A stretch of 64,000 nt of DNA. It comes from Camelus dromedarius. Taxonomy: Eukaryota. Position 1 is the stretch's first letter. Each line of letters begins with the position of its first letter. The notes below the pieces were generated by a model that saw only the letters and a program-made list of their open reading frames with translations, searched no databases and was not told the DNA's origin. The translations under genes were made by a program, and so were the position numbers. Location of the stretch: NCBI RefSeq assembly GCF_036321535.1, contig NC_087436.1:79548001-79612000 (forward strand). Reading direction: 5' to 3'. This document shows, in pieces, positions 26,656-38,905 of the stretch.

Positions 26656-27119
26656 AACTTTCATGATGGACAGGGACTGAAGACAGGTTATATATTTATT
26701 ATGTAATGTGCCTCTATCCCATATGTAATAATTTAATAATTTGATCCTGGAGTTCAATAAACTGTAAGGAAATTAGTAAACTTACATGACAAAAGGCCAC
26801 ATTAAGACGTGTCACGTTGAGATTCTGTGTTTCCGGAGTGTATACATTTTGTGTATTGGAGGTATTGCTGCATTCTGGAAAACTAAGTGTCATCTTTGGG
26901 CAATTTATTTATTTACTTTTTTAGCATTTTATTTTGAAATAGTTGTAGATACACAGGAAGTTGCACACAAAAGTGCAAGGAGGTCCTGTGCACCCTTCAC
27001 CAAGCATCCCCCAATGTTAATGTCGTACATAAAATGTCATAGTTCAACTTTAAAACTAGGAAATTGATGTTGTACAATCTGTAGAGCTTATTCCATTGTC
27101 ACCAGTTACACATGTGTTT

Positions 27120-27121
<2 letters not shown>

Positions 27122-27150
<29 letters not shown>
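27122..27150. repeat. (TG)n microsatellite
   Basis: About 14 TG units inside the L1 3' UTR. Confidence 0.95.
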
Positions 27151-27155
<5 letters not shown>

Positions 27156-27807
27156 ACTCTGTGCAATAACCACCACCACAATCAGCTACTTAACTTTACC
27201 GTCACCATAAGGGTCCCCTTATAGTCACCCACCATCCCTAATCCCAGTCAGCCTCTAATTTGCTCCTCATTTTATAATTATATTACTTCACAGATGTTGT
27301 AAGAATAGAATTATATAGTATATAACATTTGGCTTGTCCCATACAGCACAAGTCCCAGGAGATGCATCCGAGTTGTGTCTGTTCCTTTTTTCTGCGGACC
27401 AGTATATTTCACTGTATGTACTGAAGGACATTTGTTTGTTTCCAGTTTTTGGCTATTATGAATAAGGTCACTATGAACATTTGTGTACAGGATTTTGTGT
27501 AAATGTAAGCTTTTTTATCTTTGGAATAAATGTCAAAAAATGCGATTGCATGGCTTATGACAGAGGCAAGACATGATTCAATCCTGGTGGAATAGAGAAA
27601 ATTCTCTATTCCTAGTGTGCTAGATTTTTAAGTCATGAATGAGGAATGAGTCGATAGATACAATCATGTGATTTTTTTCCTCTTTAGCCTGTTGATATGG
27701 TAGATTTCACTGATTTATTTTTGGATATTGAATCAACCTGCTACTTGGAATAAATCCCACTTGTTCATAGCATATTATTCTTTTGATATATCGTTGGATT
27801 TAATTTA

Positions 27808-28116
27808 TGACTGGCCCTCCAAATCTTCAGGTTCTGTATCTGCAGATACAACTGACCATGGATCAAAAATATTTAAAAAAATAATTGCATAAAGTTCCTA
27901 AAAGCAAAGCTTGATTTTGTCACTTGGTGGCAACTATTTTCACAGCATTTATATTGTATTGGGTATTATAAATAATGATTTAAAACGTATGGGAGGATGT
28001 GCATAGGTTGTATGCAAATACTATGCCATTTTATATAAGGGAATTGAACATCTGAGAATTTTGGTATCCATGGGTGGCCCTGGAATCAATTCCCTACAAA
28101 TACTGAGGGACAACTG
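27808..28116 (-). mobile_element. MER2B MITE inserted into the L1
   Basis: gggaggatgtgcataggttgtatgcaaatactatgccattttatataaggga...ttggtatccatggg...gagggacaactgTA. Confidence 0.9.
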
Positions 28117-29375
28117 TACTAATATTTTATTAGGATTTTGATGTCCAAATTCATGAACGATATTGGTCTGTAGTTTTCTTATTATGTCATATTGTTGTCT
28201 AGATTTGATATCAGTGTTATACTGGCTTCATACAATGGTTTGGGATGTGTTCTCTTCAACTTTCTGGAGGTTGTGTTAAATTGGTGTTATTTCTTTAAAT
28301 GTCTGATAAAATTCTAAGAGAAACCACTGTGATCTGGAGATTTCTGTTTCAGGAGTTTTAAAACTTGGAATCCAACCTCTTTTTAGCAATTTTAGGACTA
28401 TTCTGGTTCCCTATTTCATATTGGCTCTTTTTTGGTAGTTTGTTGTTTTTGAAGAATTTGTCCATTTCTTTCAAATTGCCAAATTTGTGAGAATAAAGTA
28501 GTTCATAGAGCTTTTAATGACTTTAAAAGTACTTTTAATGGTATCCTTTTAATGGCTGCAGGGTCTGCTGTGACGTTCCCTGTTTCATTTCTGTGTTTTC
28601 TCTCTCTTCTCATTGGAAAGTCTTGACCATTTAGCAGCATCTTTGGGCAGTACAGGCAGTGTTTTTTTCCCCTCCTCCCAAGTAGGCATTAATTCAAAGT
28701 GGTGGACACCTGATTTTTTTAAATTGGTAAAAGGCAGCTCCCTGGGATTAAAATAAGAGAAAAAATTTGGGAATCCTACTCGCAGACTCCTCTATCCTTC
28801 CTCCTCCTTCCCTTACAGAGTGCAATCTGGAAACCATTGCCATAGGACATGCATTACATATTGTTTGTACTATAAGATTTGGACCAAGAGAATACTCATT
28901 GTCACTGAAACTATGCTGAACAAGATTAGACTCCTTTTCATGAAACGTTGCCAGTCTTCAGGATTGTGTTGTGTCCTAAGATGATTACTATGAACAATGA
29001 TCGCTGTGTTTCATAAGGAGGAGAAAATACAGAAGATCTGACAGACTCTACACTGATTCTGCCACATGGTTCCTGTATTACTCGTGTACCATCTGCTGCC
29101 ATTGTGCCCTGTGCCATTGTTGTATTGCCCCGTCAATGCCGCTGCCTCTGAAAGTTCAAAGCTCTTTTCTGGTATCTGTTAATTTCTAGGTTTTTATACT
29201 CTTTGTGGTTTGAACCTTGCATCAAAGAGTTATGCTTTACCCTACCTAAATTTTCTTGTTAAGAAAAATCGTTCAAACTTTGGAAATATGGCGAAGAGTG
29301 GGCGACATGTCCTTTCAATGTCCTATTGGAGTATTTTCTACACGTCTTCTCAGTAATGTGTTTAATCATCTAGGG

Positions 29376-30055
29376 CAGAGATGGGCAAACTTTTCCTTAA
29401 AGGGTCAGAGAGTAAATATTTTAAACTTGCAGGCCATATAATCTCTGTTACAATTACTCAACTCTGCTGTTGTAGCTTGAAAGCAGTTGGAGAAAATGTT
29501 TAAACAAATGGACTTGGCTGTGTTCCAAAAAGGCTTTATAGGCACACCTTCCTTGTGTCATTGCGCTTTGCTTTATTATGCTTTGCAGAGACCATGTTTT
29601 TAAGTGGAAGGTTTGTGGCAGCCCTGCATGGAGCAAGTCTATCAGGACCATTTTTTTCAACAAATTTGTTCACTATTCTCACAATATTTCAGACTTTTTC
29701 ATTATTATTCTATTTGTTATGGTGATCTGTCATCAGTAATCTTTGATGTGACTATTGCAAAAGATAACAACTTGCTAAAGGCTCAGATGATGGTGAACAT
29801 TTTTCAGCAATAGTCTTTTTAAATGAATGTATGTGCGTTGTTTTTTAGATATAATGCTATTGCCCACGTAATAGACTACAGGACAGTGTAAATGTAAGTT
29901 TTAGGTGCAATAGGAAACCAAAAACATTTGGGAAACTCACTTTGTTGTGACATTCCCTTTACCGCAGTGTTCTGGAATTAAATCCACAGTATCTCCGAGG
30001 TTTGCCTGTATTTGTAAAACCAGGTGGTTTGCCTGCAGGCTGTTGTTTTGTCAAC
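29376..30055 (+). mobile_element. MER58A (hAT-Charlie), split by a Tigger1 insertion
   Basis: cagagatgggcaaacttttccttaaagggtcagagagtaaatattt...ggctgtgttccaa, resuming at 30009 with tatttgtaaaaccaggtgg. Confidence 0.88.
29539..30008 (+). mobile_element. Tigger1 internal-deletion derivative (~470 bp)
   Basis: TA | (t)aggcacacct ... ctccgaggtttgcctg | TA; Tigger1 blocks gaaggtttgtggcagccctgcat and aaggctcagatgatggt. Confidence 0.9.
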
Positions 30056-32869
30056 GAACCCAAAAGAATACTTTTTCTGACTTATTTGCTGTGATTCAGA
30101 GCCCACACTGGAATTAATGATGGCCTCTGAATTATTTTCCTAGTAGAAATTTATATCTTAAGGTTATGCTTTTATTGCCCTGAAGGATACTGACTAATCT
30201 TGTATCTCATCTAAAAATATTATCCTAACATTCCCTTTCACGTGTTATAGACCCCACTCCCCCAGTGCTCCTGGAATCAGCTCTCATCCTCATTAATGAA
30301 GATGTTCATTAGTCATTGCCTTGGGTTTTATGAGAATTAAAAAAAAAAGCTCTTCGCAAAGAATCCTGTCACATCCCATGTACAAAGTTCATCCTTTTAC
30401 AGTGACTTCCCCTCCCCACAATAAGGTGGCATTCAGCAGGGATCTAATGCTTTCTATCAGCATTTGCTAAATATTTGAGGAGATTTTCAAGATGGGGATT
30501 TACTGCAGAGCACGTGGCCTTCTATCTGTCCTTTTCTCCCTCCCTCCCTCTTCCTCCCATTTCTCTTTCTCCTTTCCTCCTTCCTGGAATGCTGACTTTT
30601 TCTTTCCACTGCCAGATATAAATTCTCTCTTTTCTACAGAGTAGCTCAGTTGAATGACGGCCTTTAATATAACATGATCTTTCCCTTTTATAGAGCTGTG
30701 AAGTTATATTTTTTTTCCTCCTGCTACATAAAGAAATTGCTTTTAGAAATAAACTCTCAGTTTATTTTCCACTTGTCTCTTTCATAATAGAAGTGTTTCA
30801 ATGTTTGGGAGCAGAACAGCTTTATCTGCTAATGTAATTATTCTAGCAGTAGTTGAAACTTTTTTTTTTAGCTTTTTTAAAGTTATTGTTTTCTTTTCTA
30901 AAATTTTCTTCAATATTTTTTGTTGTTCCAATACGAGTTGTACAAAGATCCACTCAACCTCTTTTCCTTGTCAGTGGTCCCATCTAGAAGAGTTACATTC
31001 AATACGTTCATTTATTGAGAAGAAGAAGTATTCACCGTTTCTGGAATTCTACTTCCTGTGCACATGTATGAGTATTCAGAAGCATTCAGACGCTGCTTTA
31101 GTGAATACAGTTCTTCAGATCCAACACCAGATCTTTTTATTCCCCAAGCTTTCAATGACAACTGCTTAAAAAAAAAATTCCAGGAACAAGTCATTTCTAA
31201 AACGATATTTTATGCCTTAAGAAGTTTGAAAGTCCCTTAGTTGTGCCTGCTTGCATGAATACCAACTGTCTAGTGGAAACTCAAATGCAGTAATATTCTA
31301 TATTAAGGAAAAGACCTTGGTAGGGACAGGCTTTTATTCTGTAGATTTATTTAGTTCACCAGTAGTTTCTTGGGCACCTACGATGTGCCAAGCATAACAT
31401 CAGGAATTGGAGTCAAAGCTGAGCATTCAGGCAATAATGTTGGGAGCTAGAAGATATTTATTAAAGGCTTCTTTTGGATAATGATTTGTTTCTTGAGAAT
31501 GTTCTGTTTTGATCATGTCTAATATTAGGATAGCTTTGTTATCTTCAATTAAACCTGTGTTTCTCAAATACGCTTTCCAGTGTTTTTGGTGGTAGGGGTA
31601 TGAAAAAAAAAAAAACAAAAACAGAAACAAAAAGAAAAAAGACATGTGACTCAGATGTTAACTCTAGTCTCCTTGTCTATGAGATTTAAATAAAATATAG
31701 ACTTCCCAATATTCTGTAAGAAGCTCAGCACCTGGTCATGACTTAGCAAATTCCTGTAAGTTTATATTTCCATACTCACTTTTGACTCTAAACTCCTAGT
31801 CTCTGTGAACTGTCCATTTCATGAACATTCCATCTTCTACAGCCTTTTTCTACCTGTTACAAATATGGAACTTTTCCTGGACTTCTCTTCAAATAACTCT
31901 CACAGGGAATTTGTGTTTATAGCAGAACTTACTAAAGGCTTTAGAATGTTGAAGGGGGTTTGTAGCTCAGAGGCATAATTAGCATAAGGCTAAACGCTAA
32001 ATATCCTGCTCTTTAAAGCCCTTTATCTGTCCTGGTTATTCAGGTCCCCTGGGGCTCTGGCCACCTGTCTGCTTGCCCAGCCTTCCCACCCCTCTCCCTT
32101 CCTCCTTCACCCTCCTCTCCTTTCTTTTCTGTAGCCCTCCCACATCTGCCTGTTTTCTCCAGCAGAGAGGTTTGTTCCATTGTCTGTAGCCAGTCTTTAA
32201 ACTCAGGGTCTTAATTTTTTGTATGCTAATAGAATTTCAAAGTATTTCCTGTATAAAGACAAATTTTCTTCCCAAGAAGTGACAACTGTGAAAATAATAG
32301 TCTTTCTTTTCACTGTACTTAAATCTTGATAAATTGTAATCACTTTTTCTCTCTCTCTGTCTCATCTGTCCCTTCTTCATGTATCCCTATTACCTTTTCT
32401 GGTATTTCCAAGGTTGCAACTTCTGGTACATAGAATACCAGGTGTGTGTTATTAGAGCCTGGTGAAAACCATGGGAAAAAATGAGAACATAGAAATACTT
32501 TTAGTACTTAAACTGGGAAAACCTAACAATACTTTGTATAATTTTTGATATCACTTACCATGTAGATCATAGGCAAGAAAAATGATAAGTCTAGCCCAAA
32601 AGATTAGTCAAAGAAGGATGATTATTTGAATGCATGGATGTCACTGTAGCTCTGAACCAAAGGGTGCAGGACTGTGAATCGAACTATAGCAACACAGACT
32701 AGCTGACCTTACCTTCCCTCTTCTGGAAAAAGATTGACTCAACTTCCTGCCACCCTGAGTGAAACCCTGGTGCCTTGTTTGTGGGAACAAGCACAGTAGA
32801 GCCCCTCTTCAACAGATTTACATAAAAATCTGATAAAACAGGTAGTGACAAGCCTTTAGAATTCAATTT

Positions 32870-33315
32870 TGGGTGAGTCTGCTGGTGATGAATTCCCTCA
32901 GTTTTGTTTGTCTGAAAATGTCTTTATTATTTATTTATTTATTTAAAAATAGCTTTATTGAGGTATAGTTGACATACAATAAACAGCAAATATTTAAAGT
33001 GTACAATTTGGTAAGTTTTGTCACATGTTTACAGCTGTGGAACTGTCACAGTGAAAACAGTGGACACATTTGAACCCCAAATTTCCTCCTGTCCCCTGGT
33101 AATGTCTCCCTCTCCCTCTTTGCTCCCAACCACTGATCTTTTTTCTGTTACTATATATTAATTTGCATAAAAGTCTTTATTTTACTTTCATTCTTGTGGG
33201 ACATTTCTGCTGTGTGTAGAATTCTAGATTTTAAGTTAGTTGCTTTCAGAAGGTTGAAAATACCTTTTATTGTCTTCTGGTTTCCATTGAGAGCTCATCT
33301 GTCAGTCTAATTATG
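32870..33315 (-). mobile_element. Old L1M internal fragment (host of a nested L1)
   Basis: gtctgctggtgatgaattccctcagttttgtttgtctgaaaatgtctttatt continues after the insert as ...agaattctag...ttgtcttctggtttcc. Confidence 0.8.
32929..33168 (-). mobile_element. Nested 5'-truncated L1M 3' end with TSD
   Basis: (attt)n tail plus agctttattgaggtatagttgacatacaataaac; flanks AAATGTCTTTATT (32916-32928) and AAAAGTCTTTATT (33169-33181). Confidence 0.85.
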
Positions 33316-33324
33316 GCTGTTTAA

Positions 33325-33469
33325 CTTATTTTTTCTTTTTCTTTTCAGTTTTATTGAAGTATAATTGACAAATAAAAATTGTATATATTTAAGGCATATT
33401 ACTTAATATTTTTATATACACATACATTTTGAAATGATCACCACAAATTCATCACCTCACGTAGTCAGC

Positions 33470-33503
<34 letters not shown>

Positions 33504-34185
33504 ATGTGTGATGAGGACGCTTAAGATTTACTGTCTTACCAAATTTCAGGTATACAATATAGTGCTGTTAAATAAAGCCACCATGCTGTACATTAGATCT
33601 CCAGGACTTATTCATCTTGTGTAACTGAAACTTTGTACCCTTTGATCAACATCTCCCCATTCCCCTACCCCCAGTCCCTGGCAACCACCATTGTACTTTG
33701 TGCTTCTATGAGTCTGACTACATGCAGCATTTGTCTTTCTGTGTTTGGCTTATTTCACTGAGTGTAATGTCCTCCAGGTTCATCCATGTTGTTGCAAATA
33801 TCAGAATACCTTTCTTTTTTTAAGACTGAATAATGTTTTTAAGGCTGAAAAAATATGTATCATAGTTTCTTTATTCATTCATTTATCGATGGACATTTAG
33901 GTTGTTCCCATATTTTGGCTCTTGTGAATAATGCTGCAATAAACATGGGAGTACAGATATCTCTTCAAGATACTGATTTCATTTTCTTTGGGTAGATACC
34001 TAGAAGTGGGATTGTTAGATTATATGGAGTTCTATTTTTGATTTTTGGGGGAACCTCTATACTATTTTCTATGACTATGTCAATTTACATTCCCAATAGC
34101 AATGTGCAGTGATTCCTTTTTCTCCATATTCTCTCTGATATTTGCTATCTTTTGTCTTTTTGGTAATAGCCATTCAAACAAGTGG
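33325..34185 (-). mobile_element. L1MA9-like 3' end
   Basis: tttattgaagtataattgacaaataaaaattgtatatatttaagg; accatgctgtacattagatctccaggacttattcatc; ctgcaataaacatgggagtacagatatctcttcaagatactgatttc. Confidence 0.9.
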
Positions 34186-34189
34186 CTTA

Positions 34190-35160
34190 AAGTCTAGGGC
34201 TTAGGTCTTGTACATGTTTTGTTAGATTTATACATAAATATTTAATTTTTTGAGCTATTGTAAGTGGTATTGTTTTAAAATTTTATTTTCTAATTATAAA
34301 TTGCTAGTATAAGGAAATATGATTAATTTTTATTTTTTGGACTTGTATTCTATAACCTTGCTATACTCTTTCTTTGTGGGAGTTTTTTGTTTTTGTTATA
34401 TTCTTTAGCATTTTCTACAAACAATCATGGTGTTTGTAAACAGAGATAGTTTTATTTATCCTTTTTTATCTGTATGACTTTTCTTTCTTTTTTTTTTTTC
34501 TTTTTTGCACTAGCTAGAATTTCCAGTTTGCCATCCATTAGGAGTGGTGAGATTGGACATCATTGCCTTGCTCCCAATCTTAGGGGAAAGCATTCGGTCT
34601 CTTACCATTAAGTATGAGATTAGCTGTAGGTTTTTATTTTGGTAGATGCCCCTTCTCAGGTTGAATAAGTCCTGGAAATCTAATGGACAGCATGGTGACT
34701 TTATTTAACAACACTATGTTGTGTACTTGAAATTTGGTAAGACAGTAAATCTTAAGTGTCCTCATCACATATTCTCTCTCTCTCTCTCACACACACACAC
34801 ATTGACTGTGTGAGGTGATGAATTTGTGGTGATTAAGCTAGGTTTGCTGCAGTTTTTTTCATAAATGGATGTTGACTTTTGTCAAAAATTTTTTCTGCAT
34901 CAGTTGATGTGATCAGATGGTTTTCCTTTCCTTAATTGTTAATATGGTGGATTATGTTGATTGATTTTCAAATGTTGAACCATTTTTGCATTCCTTGGTA
35001 AACTCCAAATAGTTTTGGTATATGATTCTTTCTATGTATTGCAGGGTTCTATTTACCTTTTTTTCTCTTTTTTTGTGTGAATTTTTGTGTCTATGTTCAC
35101 AAGAGATCTGGTTCTGTAGTGTTCTTTTTGTATTCTCTTTCTCTAGTTTTGGTGTCAAAG
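34190..35160 (-). mobile_element. Old L1M ORF2 remnant, interrupted at 34662-34833
   Basis: ccttgctcccaatcttaggggaaagcattc...ttagctgtaggttttt...tagatgcccc; ataaatggatgttga...tttctgcatc. Confidence 0.85.
34662..34833 (+). repeat. Inverted copy of 33437-33614 (local templated duplication of L1MA9 sequence)
   Basis: Reverse complement aligns to 33437-33614 with about 13 substitutions by manual count and shares the compound (TG)n(AG)n microsatellite. Confidence 0.9.
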
Positions 35161-35289
35161 GTTTTAATTTACTTTTATTTTATTAGAAAATACAGCATAG
35201 CAGTCACTTATTTAAATATCTACAATGGATTTCCATTGATTAAGTGTATAGTACCTTTGATAATATTCTACCTTACATCAAAATTTTGA

Positions 35290-35745
35290 ATGTAGATGCC
35301 TTACTTTGTAAATTTTCCTATTCTTATCTCTTGCTGCGCCCTCCCTCCTGCTCTCAGCTCCAAGCCTGTCGTCTTACTGATGCCCTGCTTGCAGCTCTCC
35401 AGCATGCCAGGCTGTGATGATCTTTCACTCTTCCCTAGCCATTTTCCTACCACCAGGACTGTCCTATCCCAAGTCCATATGTCTAATACCTTCTACTTTT
35501 TCTGGGCTCAGTTCATATAACCTCCTTGTAATGAATATCCTGAAACTCCCAGCATCTTGCTGATTACTCCCTCCCTCATGCCTCTAATCCACTCTATATC
35601 CATGCCTGTTGTAGCACTGGTTTTCCTCCCTCTACTTGTTGGTGAGTACTTTGAGGGCAGAGATTTGTTTTTAATTTCCAAGAATTTAACACAGCCTGGT
35701 ACGTAAGTGCCCACTATTTATTTGCTGATTAGATAAATGAATAAA
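35290..35745 (+). mobile_element. L2 3' region
   Basis: ctttgagggcagagatttgt...aacacagcctggtacgtaagtgccc...tttgctgattagataaatgaataaa. Confidence 0.75.
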
Positions 35746-37115
35746 TACCTTATAACTCTCAGAGTCCTCTGAGCTCACTGAGAGAATGCATTGTGCTTTT
35801 GTATTTCTTGCTTATGAAGGAGCTTTTCAAATAATATTTTTGTGAGTAGTGAACAATTTTAATTTTGATGATTCAGATATTACATTATGGTCTTGAACAT
35901 TTTCAATATATAATTTTTCAATATATATTTTTTGATATATAATTATGAATATAAGTTTAGAAGAGTAAATTTAATTTATGATAATTTTAGAACTCTGGCT
36001 TCTAGACTAAGATCCTTGAACTCTAATGGGTTCAAATGTAATAATGGGCACCACTGAATTATTTTCACTACTGTAAAAAATGTAACAGAAATTATATATT
36101 AACCTCAATGAGGTTGTCCAGATTAACTAAGACATTAGATTCTTTGCTTTGACCATAATTTTATTAAGTGATAAATCAGAAACTCAGAATGATAGCTATA
36201 ATCATTGACTACATAAATAATATTTAATAATTACAACTTTGAATATAAAATCTTTCAAAGCATGGTATATGTGGGAGGGCTATATAAGGGGTTATTATCA
36301 GTGGAAAGAAAATTATTTTTATGAATAAATTTTGTTGCATTTTATATTCCTAAGATTATTTTTTTCTCATTTGTATTCAAAGTTTAATATTGGGAAATGT
36401 CTCAATAATTGAGGGTTCTGCTGTGTTGTTTCCAGTGAATTATTTGAGATTCTATGATTAAATTGCCCAGGAAGAAACCAAGTTCACTGAGTAAACTTCT
36501 TGAAAATACACAAACTTTTTCCATAATTTCATGGTGAATAAATACGTTTTCTGTGAATTACTTTGACTTTCTGAAGAATTTAATTCATGAAGCTCATACT
36601 TTAGCAGCTCAGATTACAAAGACGAGTCAATGGCATTTCTTCCCTAGAAATTTCTGCCTTGTTTCTGAATAAGACCAAAAAGATGAATATTCTATTTGTT
36701 TCTTAGAAGCTCATTCAATTAGTACTGTAGTTTTGTTTTAGGCTGATATCGAAAAAGTTGTGTGTGCAGCTTTATAGAAATCTAAATTAGGAAATAATTT
36801 GAATAGCAATCATTTGGATACATGTATCCAGAGTATGCAGACTAAAATAATTAGAAATTTTGAAAATATAGGCTTTTAAAAAAAATGTAATGATTTATGT
36901 GTCAAAGACTCATCACCAATGACCAAGCAATCTTTGCTACAGAAAACCACTTTTTTTCCCCCTAAACATTTCATTGACTGGGGCTGCAGTATAGAGTCAT
37001 CATGAATGGTGTATTCTAGAAGTTGGGCATTGGACAGCCTGCAAAATTGTATGTGCAGCCCTGCTCTACTCTCTTTTTGTCTCTAGTCTTCTGAAGATTT
37101 CTTGCCAATACTCTA

Positions 37116-37119
<4 letters not shown>

Positions 37120-37146
<27 letters not shown>

Positions 37147-37269
37147 GGTAGAGGGGAGGTGATTAGGTTTACTTATTTATTTACTCTTAGAGGAAGTACT
37201 GGGGACTGAACCCAAGACCTCATGCATGCTAAGCATGCACTCTACCACTACAGCTATACCCTCCCCACC
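37120..37269 (-). mobile_element. Camelid tRNA-derived SINE (Vic-1 type)
   Basis: - strand reads GGGGAGGGTATAGCTGTAGTGGTAGAGTGCATGCTTAGCATGCATGAGGTCTTGGGTTCAGTCCCCAGTAC...AAATAAATAAGTAAACCTAATCACCTCCCC followed by a ~28-nt poly(A); Pol III A/B-box-like motifs; AGGAT TSD at 37115-37119 and 37270-37274. Confidence 0.88.
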
Positions 37270-38174
37270 AGGATATTTTTTTATTTGCTTTAATTTTATT
37301 TGTGAAAACATTCAGTTGTTTAAACTTTTCAATTTGTTCATGATCCTGATAATTAAAATTCTACTTTATATGAACATGGCGAGCACATAATGAAGGAAGG
37401 ATTTCCTATCCTTTAGGAAATACTCTTCCACTCTGTCCTCAAGGCAACAGCTGTTGTTGTTGTGTATTAGTACAAGGGAACTCAACCCCCAACTTGGTTG
37501 ATTAGTCTAAGAGTTGGAATCTGGCCCAAGATGATCCAATTAGAGTATTCTCTGTAGTGACTGACAATCCTAAGGAACTGTTTTCTGCTGTATTGACCAA
37601 AAAAGAAGAAAAAGTGAGCCTAGCGAGAGAGCAAGTGATAAATACAGCAAATGCAAAGCAAATCACAGAGATCAGAGACGGAGAGCCACAGCCGAGAGTG
37701 TTGGGATTCTCTGATTCAAGGTGCTTCTTGATGGCTGGTGCATTTCTCTTCTTTGGAGCTCTGTGGGACATCGTAAAAACCTTATGCTAAATCACCGTTT
37801 TCACTTGTTTGGGAGGAATTCTGCAATTCTGTGCTCTAACCCAGGCATGAGGGCCCCTCCCCAAGGCCTCACACTGTGGAAGTCTTTTCTCCAGCTCTAT
37901 CTCCCTCAATGGAGTAAAGAGTCTGCAGAATCAATGGTTATGCCCACAAAGGGCCATGCTTTGTCTTCTAGACCATGCACCAGGTACATGGGATCCTGGG
38001 ATTCCTGCCCAAAGAGTCCTTAACCTACATCCAGGATTTCTGCTGGCCTCTTCTCTCATCCATTTTCCTGTACGCTGACCACAGCCGGTGTACCTTCCCC
38101 TCATCCCCAGGAGTAGTTACAGGATGGTTGTTAACAAGGACCTGTGAACTGAGGTTGGACTTAGCAGCTTGAAT

Positions 38175-38427
38175 TGGACTTGAAACAACAAACATTTATT
38201 ACCTCAGCTTCTGTGAGTCAGGAATCCAAGAGCAGCTAAACTGGGTCGTTCGAGTTTGGTCAAGATGTCAGCCAGGCTGCAGTTATGTTGGTCTTGACAG
38301 GGGCTGAAAGCTACACTGCCAAGCTCACTCACCTGTTATTGGTAGGCCTTCATTCCTTGACAAGTGGGCTGTAGGTTGCCTGGGTGATCTCATGAGATGA
38401 CAGCTGGCTTCCCCCAGAGTGAATGAT

Positions 38428-38468
<41 letters not shown>

Positions 38469-38612
38469 GTTGCAGTGTTTTATACCCTAATCTTAGGAAT
38501 GATATACCATCATTTGTGCTGTATTCCATTGGCCATACAGAACCACTCTGGTACAGTGTGGGAGAGGACTGGTTGAGGGTATGGATGCCAGACGGGGATC
38601 ATTGGGGTCCGC
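38175..38612 (-). mobile_element. MLT1H-like MaLR LTR
   Basis: aaacaacaaacatttatt...cagctggcttcccccagagtgaatgatc...cagtgtgggagaggact...ggatcattgggg. Confidence 0.85.
38430..38463. repeat. (GA)n microsatellite
   Basis: About 17 GA units inside the MLT1H. Confidence 0.95.
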
Positions 38613-38619
38613 ACCCCAG

Positions 38620-38905
38620 AACTCCTTATTCAGTCTTTCCAGCCCACTAGCTTTCTTTTTGTTCCTGAGCCTACCAGCTCTGTTCCACCCCAGGGCCTCT
38701 GCGATCATGGCTTCTCCCTGGTGTGCTTTTCCTGCTGCCCTCTCTTGGCTGACCCTCTCTGTTTTTGCTCTCAGCTTATATGTCTGCACTCTAGATAGGC
38801 CTTCACTGATCACTCAATATACAGCTGTTATCTTGTCAATCTCTATTCTATCACATTATTTTAATTCTAGGGGCCTGGCACTTAAATATATGTTGAATGA
38901 ACAAG
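38620..38905 (+). mobile_element. L2 3' fragment
   Basis: cagcccactagctttc...cccagggcctctgc...gggcctggcacttaaatatatgttgaatgaa. Confidence 0.7.

Larger units (their letters stand above)
26915..28610 (-). mobile_element. L1M (L1MD-like) 3' UTR joined to an ORF2 remnant, interrupted by MER2B
   Basis: ttttattttgaaatagttgtagatacacaggaagttgca 3' end; ORF2 antisense ggaataaatcccacttg and gatattggtctgtagttttctt. Confidence 0.85.

Noticed and set aside
37175..37269. tRNA-like sequence as a real tRNA gene
   Set aside because: It is followed by a SINE body, poly(A) tail and TSD, so it is a SINE head.
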